The notes beneath the pieces were generated by a model. The model was given only the letters and a program-made list of their open reading frames with translations. It did not search any database and had not been told where the DNA came from. From Candidatus Hodarchaeota archaeon (GTDB taxonomy: Archaea; Asgardarchaeota; Heimdallarchaeia; Hodarchaeales; Hodarchaeaceae): a DNA stretch of 52,303 bases. The stretch is taken from contig JAEOTQ010000114.1 of assembly GCA_016839785.1 (NCBI GenBank), positions 1-52,303 on the forward strand, in the 5' to 3' direction. Position 1 is the first letter of the stretch. Each line of letters begins with the position of its first letter. A program made the position numbers and the translations under genes. Positions 9,560 through 18,489 of this stretch are shown one piece after another.

Positions 9560-10987
9560 CTAAATTATTCTAAACGCATCTACAAGAACACATCTTCTTT
9601 GACGTGTAAACGTTCTCGCAGATGTTATTCCTTCACCTGTTGGACCTGCTATCGTCATTGTCGTAAATCCTTCTCCTCCAAACCCGATCCCTGCTAATGA
9701 GGGAGCATTTTTTACGAATATAGTTGTCTCAATATTTTTTGCGACAAGACTCATATTGCCAACAGAATCACTCCACATCATAGCTGTATGTTTAAATCCA
9801 TGTTCTGCTTTCTTGGCTTTTTGTAAAGCTTCTTCTATTGATTTAACTCGAACTATCGGTAACACAGGCATCAGCATTTCAGATATTACAAAGGGATGCT
9901 CGTCATCAGGTACTTCGGCAATTATTAGCTTAATATTATCACTGACCTGAATGCCAATTCCCTCAAGAATCACTTTTGCATCTTTACCGATGAAGTCCCT
10001 ATTTACAATCGGAAATCTTCCTTTTTTCCCAGTGAATACAAGATTAGCTAATTGAATAATCTGATCTCCTGTAATCTCGTAGGCACCATAATTCTTCATT
10101 TCGGCTTTCAATCGATCAGTAATGCTATCAAATGCAAAAACTTCTTTTTCCACGATACAAACAATATTATTATCAAAACTTGCACCCTCTACAATCCCTC
10201 TTGCTGCTTTTTGAATATTTGCAGTATCGTCAACGATCACAGGCGGATTTCCTGGACCTGCACAGACGGTTTTCTTTCCAGATTGCATGGCAGCCTTTAC
10301 GACTGCGCTTCCTCCAGTCACTACAAGACACCTGATTTTTTTATGTGTCATAAGTGTTTGAGCTGACTCAATTGTAGGTGAAATTGTGGATGTGAGTACA
10401 TTTTCTGGCCCTCCAGCTTCAAGAATTGCCCTATTCAATAACCTTACCGCTTCATTACTCGCACGTTTTGCTGAAGGATGAGGGTTAAAAACCACACTGT
10501 TTCCTGCAGTGACCATTGATATTCCATTATTGATCACGGTTGCAGTCGGATTTGTAGAAGGTGTTATTGATCCAATTACTCCATATGGAGCCATTTCTAC
10601 AAGAGTTAGTCCCTTATCACCTGTCCAAGTGTTTGGAACTAAATCTTCCAGTCCTGGGGTTTTACGTGCGCATAGTAAATTTTTAGCTACTTTATCCTCT
10701 AATCGGCCAAGATTGGTTTCTTGAACTGCTAGTTCAGCTAGATATCGGGCGTGCTTGATTACGCCTTCACGCATAGATTGAATAATGTCTTTTCGTTTTT
10801 CGAGCGAGAGATCCATTAAGGCTATTTGGCTCTTCTCAGCTGCTTCAATAGCTTGTTCTATATCCTGAAAAATGCCTCCGCCTGCAGTTGCTGGAAGATT
10901 TTCTAATCCCGAATAAACTTGATAGGCACGAATTTTTTGTACAACAGTATTGACAATCTTGGCAATTTGTTGTTCATCATATGTCAT
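9560..10987 (-). CDS. CoA-acylating aldehyde dehydrogenase (EutE/PduP family) with N-terminal encapsulation peptide
   Basis: PYGVIGSITPSTNPT, VTGG, AGPGNPP, FDNNIVCIVEKE (catalytic Cys), EMLMPVLP, PTGEGITSARTFTRQRRC. Confidence 0.96.
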   Translation of the reverse strand: MTYDEQQIAKIVNTVVQKIRAYQVYSGLENLPATAGGGIFQDIEQAIEAAEKSQIALMDLSLEKRKDIIQSMREGVIKHARYLAELAVQETNLGRLEDKVAKNLLCARKTPGLEDLVPNTWTGDKGLTLVEMAPYGVIGSITPSTNPTATVINNGISMVTAGNSVVFNPHPSAKRASNEAVRLLNRAILEAGGPENVLTSTISPTIESAQTLMTHKKIRCLVVTGGSAVVKAAMQSGKKTVCAGPGNPPVIVDDTANIQKAARGIVEGASFDNNIVCIVEKEVFAFDSITDRLKAEMKNYGAYEITGDQIIQLANLVFTGKKGRFPIVNRDFIGKDAKVILEGIGIQVSDNIKLIIAEVPDDEHPFVISEMLMPVLPIVRVKSIEEALQKAKKAEHGFKHTAMMWSDSVGNMSLVAKNIETTIFVKNAPSLAGIGFGGEGFTTMTIAGPTGEGITSARTFTRQRRCVLVDAFRII

Positions 10988-11036
10988 TTAATTACCCACA
11001 CTTGCACATGTTCAGTTTCTTTTATTATACAAAATA

Positions 11037-11327
11037 TTATTTTCTGTATGTTTCCTTTCCATTTATTTGAATAAAATCGATTATGGCTTGAATTGTTGCA
11101 TCAGTTGGACGATCTTTTGTCATTGCAGTTAAACGAGAGGAACTTCCTGTAACAACTAAGACAAGTTCCTCTTCTCCTGCACCTACAGCATCAATTGCTA
11201 CGAATGGAGAACTCTCAGGTTTCAGATCAGTCATATCCACTGGTTGGACAATGAGAAGGGTAAAACCTTTAATGCCTGCATCTTTTTCTGTGCTAACTAC
11301 ATTTCCAATAACTTTACATACTTTCAT
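11037..11327 (-). CDS. BMC-P pentamer shell protein (EutN/CcmL family)
   Basis: MKVCKVIGNVVSTEKD...VAIDAVGAGEEELVLVVTGSSSR...PTDATIQAIID. Confidence 0.96.
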   Translation of the reverse strand: MKVCKVIGNVVSTEKDAGIKGFTLLIVQPVDMTDLKPESSPFVAIDAVGAGEEELVLVVTGSSSRLTAMTKDRPTDATIQAIIDFIQINGKETYRK

Positions 11328-11338
11328 GTTTTTATCAC

Positions 11339-12058
11339 CTAAATCTTTATAATTTTAATATCAAGAAGTTTGGCTTTTTCTTGGGCTAATGGTGTTATAA
11401 CTGTGGAATGAGGTACAAAAATTTCATGAGATTTTCCTTGTAAGCTTTCTAAATAATCTTCTGTTATTAAATCTGGTATTGATGGGGTATGTTTCATGAA
11501 TTGATCAGCCAAATCTTCAACATTAACCAATCTAAATCCCATTTCAATTAAAATTGATAACCGTCTACTTAATTCATTTGTTAACATACCAGATGGTCCA
11601 TAATCAAAAGTTAAATCCGTTGGAGGAAATGGTGTTGCTATATAGACTGGAATTTTGGATAATAATCCTTGGAGTAATAAATTGACGGTAGGATTCGAAT
11701 CTTCTAGACTAGTAACTTTTTTAGCAATTTCAAAACTAAAAGCACCATACATTATGGATTCAAGATCATTATAAAATTTTAAACAGAAATCTCCCGTTGG
11801 ATTAACAATGATATCCATAGTAGGAGTTGAACTAGCTCGTGATGTGAATTTCAAGGCTTCGTCTATCTCTTTTCTAGTCCATACAAGAATCTTCATATTT
11901 TTTTGAGCTAATCTGATAAGAGTTACAAATAATTCTTCCAACCCTTGGCCCATATGGGTTAATATTCCTAATACACTATAGGGGCCTCGTGTCTGGTTAC
12001 TTGTGAGAACATTCCGAACTTGTTGAGATACAAGTGATTCGAGTTCTTTCTCATCCAT
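11339..12058 (-). CDS. BMC-associated flavoprotein-like/PduM-like protein with N-terminal encapsulation peptide
   Basis: N-terminal amphipathic helix (ELESLVSQQVRNVL), degenerate flavoprotein-like core, and a C-terminal LITED...VITPLAQEKAK motif that I recognise from BMC-locus proteins. Confidence 0.65.
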   Translation of the reverse strand: MDEKELESLVSQQVRNVLTSNQTRGPYSVLGILTHMGQGLEELFVTLIRLAQKNMKILVWTRKEIDEALKFTSRASSTPTMDIIVNPTGDFCLKFYNDLESIMYGAFSFEIAKKVTSLEDSNPTVNLLLQGLLSKIPVYIATPFPPTDLTFDYGPSGMLTNELSRRLSILIEMGFRLVNVEDLADQFMKHTPSIPDLITEDYLESLQGKSHEIFVPHSTVITPLAQEKAKLLDIKIIKI

Positions 12059-12074
12059 AACCTTTACCTTCTAT

Positions 12075-12386
12075 TCAATCTCTACCAGGATCTTCGTGAA
12101 CACTTTGAGTAGGTAGTCTAACTTTTTCTATTAATTCAATAGTTACATTATCAGGCCGTGGAATTACATTGGTTAGAATTCCACAGGAAATTCGCCGTAA
12201 TTGTTTTTTTGCCGCATTGATTGCTTCATTAACCGCGGCTACCTCGCCTTCAATGATTACTATAACTAAACCACCAGAAACTCGTTTTAATGATATTAAA
12301 TTGATATTAGCCGCTTTTAACGCTGTATCTGTGGCCACAATTGCTCCAATACGGCCACGTGTCTCCATAAATCCTAGAGCATCCAT
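12075..12386 (-). CDS. BMC-H hexamer shell protein (divergent)
   Basis: MDALGFMETRG...DTALKAANI...GGLVIVIIEGEVAAVNEAI...VIPRPD. ATG 12386 is preceded by AGGTGA. Confidence 0.93.
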   Translation of the reverse strand: MDALGFMETRGRIGAIVATDTALKAANINLISLKRVSGGLVIVIIEGEVAAVNEAINAAKKQLRRISCGILTNVIPRPDNVTIELIEKVRLPTQSVHEDPGRD

Positions 12387-12391
12387 AAGTA

Positions 12392-14248
12392 TCACCTGAA
12401 GGGGGAATATGACTTCTCATCAAAATCCGAAATGAGCGTTCCCATGTCTCCTGTGTTCAATGCGAGGGCATTTCCCTCGTCTAAGTCTAAGTGTAACTCC
12501 AAATTATAGTCTGGATGAACTCTTACTTTAACTTCATCTAATATACCTGCACGTGTTCCTGGAAATTTAACTGCCACCATCTGTTTGTTAGATACGTTTA
12601 ATCTCTGTGAATCAGTTGGTGACATATGAATATGTCGTGCGGCAAATATTACTCCCTTGTCTAATGTAATTGCACCCTTTGGTCCCATAACATTGATTCC
12701 AGGTGTCCCCTCTAAATCCCCCGAATGTCTTGTAGGAGGGTTAATTCCTAATACATACCCATCGCTACGTGAAATTTCGATTTGTGTTTCATCACGAAAA
12801 GGGCCAAGAACTCTTACTCCGTATATTGCCCGTTTTGGACCAACAAGATCAACAACCTCCTCACAAGCAAACTCTTTACGCTGTGATAAGGAGTTAAGAG
12901 GATGCAACTTCTCTTTTTCTCCAAAAAGTTTGTGAAAATCAGTTTTAGTTAAATGAATATGCCGAGCTGATAAAGAAACTGGGATTAGCTGATCACTAAG
13001 GACTTTAGTTAATTCCTGAGTAATGATCTGCTTAACTAATTTGTCATTATTTACAACCGTATTTCTTTGTGTGATTGGTGTAAATTCACATCCTAATGGG
13101 CCACAGTATCTTCCGACATATTCCGCAGAGGGTCGATATATCACGGGTTTAATGGTTGGGGTTTCTGGGTATTTCTCTTCTAATACATGTGCGGTCCATC
13201 CAGCAACTCTAGATGTTGTAAAAATCGGAGTAAAAAGTTCTACAGGTATATTAAGACTTGTATACACTGTAGCCCCGTATAAATCCACATTAGGATAGAT
13301 ATCTCGATTTTTTCGCTTTTTAAATTCCTTTTGAGTTATATCAACCATCTGATTTGTTGTCTCGAACATCCATTGAGCAAACCCACCGTTTTTTTTCACA
13401 AGTTCTGCGGCCATTTCCTTTAATATATTAGCTCTTGGATCTATTGTTTTATAAATCGCATGTCCCATTCCCATAATTCGTTTGCCTTTATCAAAACGAT
13501 CTTTTACCCAATCTTCAACATTAGACATCTTTTTAATTTCTAAAAGGCTCTCATATACAAGATGATTTGCGCCTCCATGATATTTTCCAGATAAGGAACC
13601 TATTGCTCCTGAAATTGAAGCATATAGATCGGCTCCAGTGGAGGCTATTACTCTTGCAGTAAAAGTAGATGCATTGAAAGAATGTTCAGCATGAAGTACG
13701 AGTGTAACATCAAAAATTCGAGCCTCTTCCTTTGATGGTGTTTTTCCATGAAGCATGTACAGGAAATTTGACGCATAAGCAAGATTTTTGTTAGGGGATA
13801 TTGGTTCGTTATTGTTTCTTATACGTTCCCATGCCGTGACAATAATAGGTAGAAGAGCAATAATCCTAATAGCAATGTTACGATCAGTTTCTCTTGTTTC
13901 TGTTTCAACTTCAGCATCATATCCGGCTAAGAGGGCAAGCGATGACTGAAGGACACTCATTGAAGGGGTATTTTTTGCAGTTTTCTGTAAATGAATGAGT
14001 AATTCTGGAGGAAGCTCTTGATTTGATTTTATTGTAGACTCAAAGACTTTCAATTGATCAAAAGAAGGTAGTTTTCCATATAAGAGTAAGTATACTACTT
14101 CTTCGTAAGTTGAATTCCTTGCTAGATCCTTAATATCATACCCTCGGATGAAAAGATTTCCTTTTTCTCCTTCAATCAGGCATATATTTGTATCCGCAAC
14201 CTCAACACCACGAAGTCCAGTCGATTTGTGGCTATGTTCTTCAAGCAT
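12392..14248 (-). CDS. Citrate synthase fused to an encapsulation peptide and PduL-type phosphotransacylase
   Basis: aa ~1-395 citrate synthase (GLRGV, LHAEHSFNASTF, HGGAN, MGMGHAIYK.DPR, YPNVD, RVAGWTAH). aa ~422-618 PduL (VSLSARHIHL, VRVLGPFR, QIEISRSD, RHIHMSP, LHLDLDEGNA). Single uninterrupted ORF. Confidence 0.93.
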   Translation of the reverse strand: MLEEHSHKSTGLRGVEVADTNICLIEGEKGNLFIRGYDIKDLARNSTYEEVVYLLLYGKLPSFDQLKVFESTIKSNQELPPELLIHLQKTAKNTPSMSVLQSSLALLAGYDAEVETETRETDRNIAIRIIALLPIIVTAWERIRNNNEPISPNKNLAYASNFLYMLHGKTPSKEEARIFDVTLVLHAEHSFNASTFTARVIASTGADLYASISGAIGSLSGKYHGGANHLVYESLLEIKKMSNVEDWVKDRFDKGKRIMGMGHAIYKTIDPRANILKEMAAELVKKNGGFAQWMFETTNQMVDITQKEFKKRKNRDIYPNVDLYGATVYTSLNIPVELFTPIFTTSRVAGWTAHVLEEKYPETPTIKPVIYRPSAEYVGRYCGPLGCEFTPITQRNTVVNNDKLVKQIITQELTKVLSDQLIPVSLSARHIHLTKTDFHKLFGEKEKLHPLNSLSQRKEFACEEVVDLVGPKRAIYGVRVLGPFRDETQIEISRSDGYVLGINPPTRHSGDLEGTPGINVMGPKGAITLDKGVIFAARHIHMSPTDSQRLNVSNKQMVAVKFPGTRAGILDEVKVRVHPDYNLELHLDLDEGNALALNTGDMGTLISDFDEKSYSPFR

Positions 14249-14418
14249 CGTAAGGCCTTTTTATTTGAGCTTAGTTTTCAGTAGCAAAGGGTGAACTTGT
14301 ACTCCTTAAATACAATTTTGTGAATCGTCTGACGAATCATTTGGTCAATTTTATCTCAAACTAGCTGAATATCGATACCACTTAATCATGAGAGTTTTTT
14401 TGTACAATAGATAACCAA

Positions 14419-14439
14419 TATCACTATATATTAGTGATA
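14419..14439. promoter_or_regulatory. Inverted repeat (candidate operator) in the divergent region upstream of the BMC operon
   Basis: TATCACTA-TATAT-TAGTGATA, perfect 8-bp arms. Confidence 0.45.
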
Positions 14440-14480
14440 AGCTTTTTCTAGAAGAATACACTTAGCAGAGGTTCCATTCT

Positions 14481-15440
14481 TTGTTGATTAGAGGCTTTTC
14501 AGAATATACCACTTACAAATGTGCAGACTGCCATTTGAAATGCTGCGCCACTGAGTACGATCTGCCCCTCTATGGGTCAGAAAAACTTCATCTGTCTCAG
14601 AAATATTCAGAATATCAGTATTACTTTCAATCGACTAAAGAGGGAGACATTATTCTTCGGGGAAATTCATGTCCGTTCTTGACAAAGGGTGGACATTGTC
14701 AACTTCATACCACATCTCTGAAACCTCTCACATGCCAAATTTATCCTTTGTTGTTTTGGCGATTCAACCGAAATGATACTTTAATATCAATTAATCCCTG
14801 TCGGGGAAAAGGATTTCATTGGTACTCCACAAAAAACGCTAAGATTACCAAAGACTACATTGAACAGCTAATTCTAAAGACTGACAAATATTTTGATTCG
14901 TATTGGGGAGAAGAAATGGACAAAAATAATCCTTACGAAGGTATCTCCCCATCAAGGGTGGAAAAGCAAGTAAAATATTATAATCATACTTCTGAAGACC
15001 AATTATTGACGAAGATGGTATCCAACATTTCATCTTCCTCATATTCTCAATTTCTTCCATCTTTTCATGAAAAACCCAACGATTTGATGAAAAATGAGGT
15101 AATTAAGAAGTATCTCAATTCGGTTCTATCTTGGCTAGTTTGGAGTCCTGTAGGGTTACAATTGTCTATTGAGAATGCTCAACTTATATTTTCTATCGCT
15201 GCGTTTTGGTTGATTGAGCAAATAAATTTGGATCTTAATTCAAACACTTCATTCATAACAGATTCCATCTATATGGAGCAATTGTCCTCATTTTACGCTA
15301 GGTCCATTCTTCCATCCTTCTGGCTTAATATAATTTCTCAAAAGACAAACCAAGTATTATATTCTTTCGCGAAAAAAGTATACTTAGTCCTCACAGGAGA
15401 ACTCCCTCAGGAAGAGCTCCTTCAATTTCGCTCTTCTTGA
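14481..15440 (+). CDS. YkgJ-family (CxxCxxCC) cysteine-cluster protein
   Basis: CADCHLKCC, CPFL...CQLH...KPLTCQIYP, CRG. Confidence 0.8.
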   Translation: MLIRGFSEYTTYKCADCHLKCCATEYDLPLYGSEKLHLSQKYSEYQYYFQSTKEGDIILRGNSCPFLTKGGHCQLHTTSLKPLTCQIYPLLFWRFNRNDTLISINPCRGKGFHWYSTKNAKITKDYIEQLILKTDKYFDSYWGEEMDKNNPYEGISPSRVEKQVKYYNHTSEDQLLTKMVSNISSSSYSQFLPSFHEKPNDLMKNEVIKKYLNSVLSWLVWSPVGLQLSIENAQLIFSIAAFWLIEQINLDLNSNTSFITDSIYMEQLSSFYARSILPSFWLNIISQKTNQVLYSFAKKVYLVLTGELPQEELLQFRSS

Positions 15441-15528
15441 TAAGAATTGTTATCAAGAAAGTAAAACATTAAGAAGGAATTAGAAAAGAGAATAGAATGA
15501 CGAAGAATTGTAATACGAGTGAAATATT

Positions 15529-15711
15529 ATGGCAGGTAGTCACGGAAGCCTTACAAAAGCTGGAAAAGTACGAAATCAAACTCCTAAAGTTGAAGGACGT
15601 AAAAGAAAAGGATTAACACCAATCTTACGCAATAAAAAGAATTATATTAAGAGAATTGTAAAAGAAATGCCAGTAGGCCAGCCAGAATATCGTCAGGACA
15701 GACGAAGGTAA
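15529..15711 (+). CDS. rps30e: 30S ribosomal protein S30e (eS30)
   Basis: SHGSLTKAGKVRNQTPKV. Confidence 0.96.
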   Translation: MAGSHGSLTKAGKVRNQTPKVEGRKRKGLTPILRNKKNYIKRIVKEMPVGQPEYRQDRRR

Positions 15712-15774
15712 TTTAATTAACTCTTTTTTTTATCTTTTATATCCAAATTAGCTTTACTTGAAGTAAAGCCTTTT

Positions 15775-16296
15775 TCATGAATATTTTTCTTCGATTTCCT
15801 TAACTACTCCATATTTTCCCCTGGAATATGTTATCATTCCTTTATACCCTCCCGCTTTCCATTGATCATCTATATGAAGAGCAACAATCTTTCCAAGGAA
15901 TAAATCATGAGTACCCAGACTGATAATTTGATCGACTTCACATTCCATGCTAGCAGGACACTCCTTAATAGAAGGAACATCCACTTTACTGCTTTTCTCT
16001 CTTGAAAAATTACATACTGTCCATTTATCGATATCTCTTCCAGACTTCGTTCCACAGATTTCTACCTGTTTCAGTATAGACTCTGTTGGGAAGTTTATTA
16101 CAAATACCTTTGACTCTTTTATAAGATCGTAAGTATACCTTTCAGGCCTTACTCCGATCGAAACGATTGGGGGATTGGAACAACATGTTCCCGCCCACGA
16201 GAGAGTGATTATCGATTCTTCCGTGTTTTGTTTCGCGGATACTAAGATGACAGGATTAGGATAAAAAAATGTGCTTATATTTACCTCATTTTTCAT
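15775..16296 (-). CDS. Flavin reductase-like (DIM6/NTAB) protein
   Basis: YPNPVILVS, PPIVSIGVRPERYT, CGTKSGRDIDK, P.IKECP..MEC, LGTHDLFLG. Confidence 0.9.
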   Translation of the reverse strand: MKNEVNISTFFYPNPVILVSAKQNTEESIITLSWAGTCCSNPPIVSIGVRPERYTYDLIKESKVFVINFPTESILKQVEICGTKSGRDIDKWTVCNFSREKSSKVDVPSIKECPASMECEVDQIISLGTHDLFLGKIVALHIDDQWKAGGYKGMITYSRGKYGVVKEIEEKYS

Positions 16297-16449
16297 GAAA
16301 ATAACTCCTTCTTTGATTTCTGGAGTGGAATGGCCAGAATTAGAACACGTTGTACATATGAAAATATTGGAATTAAAAAAATATTGTACAAATACAACTC
16401 CTATAATAAACTAGGTGCAATCAATATCGAGACCTAGTAAATAGATTAA

Positions 16450-16692
16450 TCATTTTTTGATATGAAATCCACAACGTTCACAAAATCGAGATTCAGGAGA
16501 AAGCTGATCTCCACACTGAGTACAGAAGCGAATTTGAGGTAATTTTCGCTTCGATCCACTCGAAGGGATCTTTTTTTCTGCATAATCCGCCCAAACTGAC
16601 TTATGAGGATCCATTCCCTTTTCCTCAGCAAATTTAAACCATACGGATTTTTCCGTTCTCTTTTTTTTCAACTCAGCACCTCTAATTGCCAC
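16450..16692 (-). CDS. Small zinc-ribbon protein
   Basis: C-terminal FCTQCG...RFCERCG; GTG start preceded by AGGTGG. Confidence 0.75.
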   Translation of the reverse strand: MAIRGAELKKKRTEKSVWFKFAEEKGMDPHKSVWADYAEKKIPSSGSKRKLPQIRFCTQCGDQLSPESRFCERCGFHIKK

Positions 16693-16944
16693 TGACTATG
16701 TTTCCACCTTTTACTTTTTTCCAAGTATGAAATGTCTAAAGAACTAAAAAAGCCTTACTATTACGGAATTCAAAGATTTATTCGCAAAAGAGAAAGTGGA
16801 TTAACTTACATTTGAGTAAAGTGGTATATTTCTCTTTGATAACCCTTCTCATTGAACATGTAATCCATAGTCTTTTAGATTTACTTAGAAATCGTAAGAG
16901 GAAATTCGCACTTATATAAAAAATTTCAGGGTAATAGAATAAGT

Positions 16945-17042
16945 TGGTAGCGGCTGGAGGATTTGAACCATCCGATCTCGGGGTTTCGCAAGAATTCCTT
17001 CTTTATGAGCCCCGCGGGATAACCTAGCTACCCTAAGCCGCT
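16945..17042 (-). tRNA. Initiator tRNA-Met(CAT) with 19-nt intron at 37/38 (16985-17003) and encoded CCA
   Basis: Acceptor AGCGGCT/AGCCGCT with A1:U72, anticodon stem CGGGG/CCCCG, CT-CAT-A, TTCAAAT T-loop, terminal ACCA, BHB-like intron. Confidence 0.92.
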
Positions 17043-17421
17043 AGTCAAATTAAGCAAGGAAACATTCTCTTCTCCAATGATAAATAAACTAATATAGTAA
17101 GGCGCCAATTGGAAGTGTTTCCTAACAATAAGATGATACTAACAGTTTAAATTTAACTTTTTCTAACGACGATCCTCCTATCTTCCATCCTACTACAGAT
17201 GATAAATCTAGAAATCACCTGGCTTTTCCCTTATTTCATTCTTATGACGTCAAATAGTTGTTATAATTGTTAAAGCTGGCTTTCGAATGAAATTTTTAAT
17301 AATAACCTCCATATTTCGATCTCATGTAAGATTAAGGTGAATGATCCCAGAAAGAGTATCCAGATACAAATCGATCTTCCCCTTAGTAAATTCTTAAATA
17401 CCAATAATTTGAGGAAGAATT

Positions 17422-17862
17422 ATGCAACCTAATTTATCAGATTCAGCAAAAAATACTATGGTAAAAAAAGGCTATAACTGTTCCCAAGCAATATTTGCTA
17501 CTTACGGAGAACGTCCAGGTTTAGGAAAAGTTGACTATGACACTTGTCTGAAGATCTCTTCAGCATTTGGTGGTGGAATTGCTCAGACGGGTAACATTTG
17601 TGGGGCCTTAACAGGTGCACTAATGGTAATCGGTCTTAAATACAGTGGTGCCAAAGGAAAAGATCAGGAAAAAGTAAATGAGGTTGCAGGAAAACTTTTA
17701 AATGAATTTAAATCTCTAAACGGATCAATAATTTGTAGGGAGCTAATCAAACACGATTTAGTCACAGAAAAGGACGTAGAACATGCATTCAAAACGGGAT
17801 CGTTCGATAACTGTCCAAAATTCGTTGAAGATGTCTCTATGATGCTCGAGAAGCTGATGTAA
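17422..17862 (+). CDS. C-GCAxxG-C-C family putative redox protein
   Basis: GYNCSQA, FGGGIA..GNICGALTG, GSIICREL, CPKFV. Confidence 0.9.
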   Translation: MQPNLSDSAKNTMVKKGYNCSQAIFATYGERPGLGKVDYDTCLKISSAFGGGIAQTGNICGALTGALMVIGLKYSGAKGKDQEKVNEVAGKLLNEFKSLNGSIICRELIKHDLVTEKDVEHAFKTGSFDNCPKFVEDVSMMLEKLM

Positions 17863-18078
17863 GGTTCTAAAAATACAACTAGAATTCGCAAATTGAGAAT
17901 TAATATCATTCTAGGAATTGTGAGGTATAGTCGCAAAATCTTTGTTTGAAGACACTGTTCTACTTAAAATATTAAATTTGTTAATTTTTATCTCCATTTT
18001 ATGTTTCTTTCATGGCGAAATTCAAAAAAGAAAACTATAAGACTCTCATAAGAGTGGTACTTGCTCTTTTCAGAGAGA

Positions 18079-18447
18079 TTATTCAAAGAAAAAAGCTTTG
18101 AATTCTGTATCTTGTTGTAGTAATTCTGTTACTTGGAGACCCAATGGAGTCAATTGCCAGCCCTTCTCTCCACGTTCTACTAAACCAACATCTAAAAGAG
18201 AACGACTATACTTCCCAGTTCGAATATGACTTCTGATTGTGTCTAATCCGACACCAATGATTTTACTTAATCTTTTATAACCCACTGAATCGCGATATAG
18301 TTCGATCAGAATTCTCTTTTTTGTTCGACCTAATCGTTCCATAATTTCCTTTGGATCATGACTGATTAGAGAACCATTATCTTGTGAAGCGTCTTGGGTA
18401 GAATTAGAATTAAGTAAATCGTTTTTAGGTTCTTCTTTATCCGCCAT
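18079..18447 (-). CDS. Winged-helix DNA-binding protein
   Basis: RILIEL...YKRLSKIIGVGLDTIRSHI...LLDVGLVE...WQLTPLG. Confidence 0.7.
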   Translation of the reverse strand: MADKEEPKNDLLNSNSTQDASQDNGSLISHDPKEIMERLGRTKKRILIELYRDSVGYKRLSKIIGVGLDTIRSHIRTGKYSRSLLDVGLVERGEKGWQLTPLGLQVTELLQQDTEFKAFFFE

Positions 18448-18489
18448 ATTAGATTCCCAAAGATATTATAAGTAACCTAATTGATAAAA

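Larger units (their letters stand above)
3301..14248 (-). other. Bacterial-microcompartment (SPU-type metabolosome) operon, 13 co-oriented genes
   Basis: Six shell genes plus AldDH, PduL, AckA, DeoC, RpiB and PduS, all on the minus strand with gaps under 80 bp or small overlaps. Confidence 0.95.

Noticed and set aside
3301-14248. Carboxysome, Pdu, Eut or glycyl-radical BMC assignment
   Set aside because: No RuBisCO, diol dehydratase, ethanolamine ammonia-lyase or glycyl-radical enzyme; the signature enzymes are DeoC and RpiB.
17043-17421. Possible gene remnant or integration scar beside tRNA-iMet
   Set aside because: Only short broken frames, no recognisable protein, and no duplicated tRNA 3' end or integrase.
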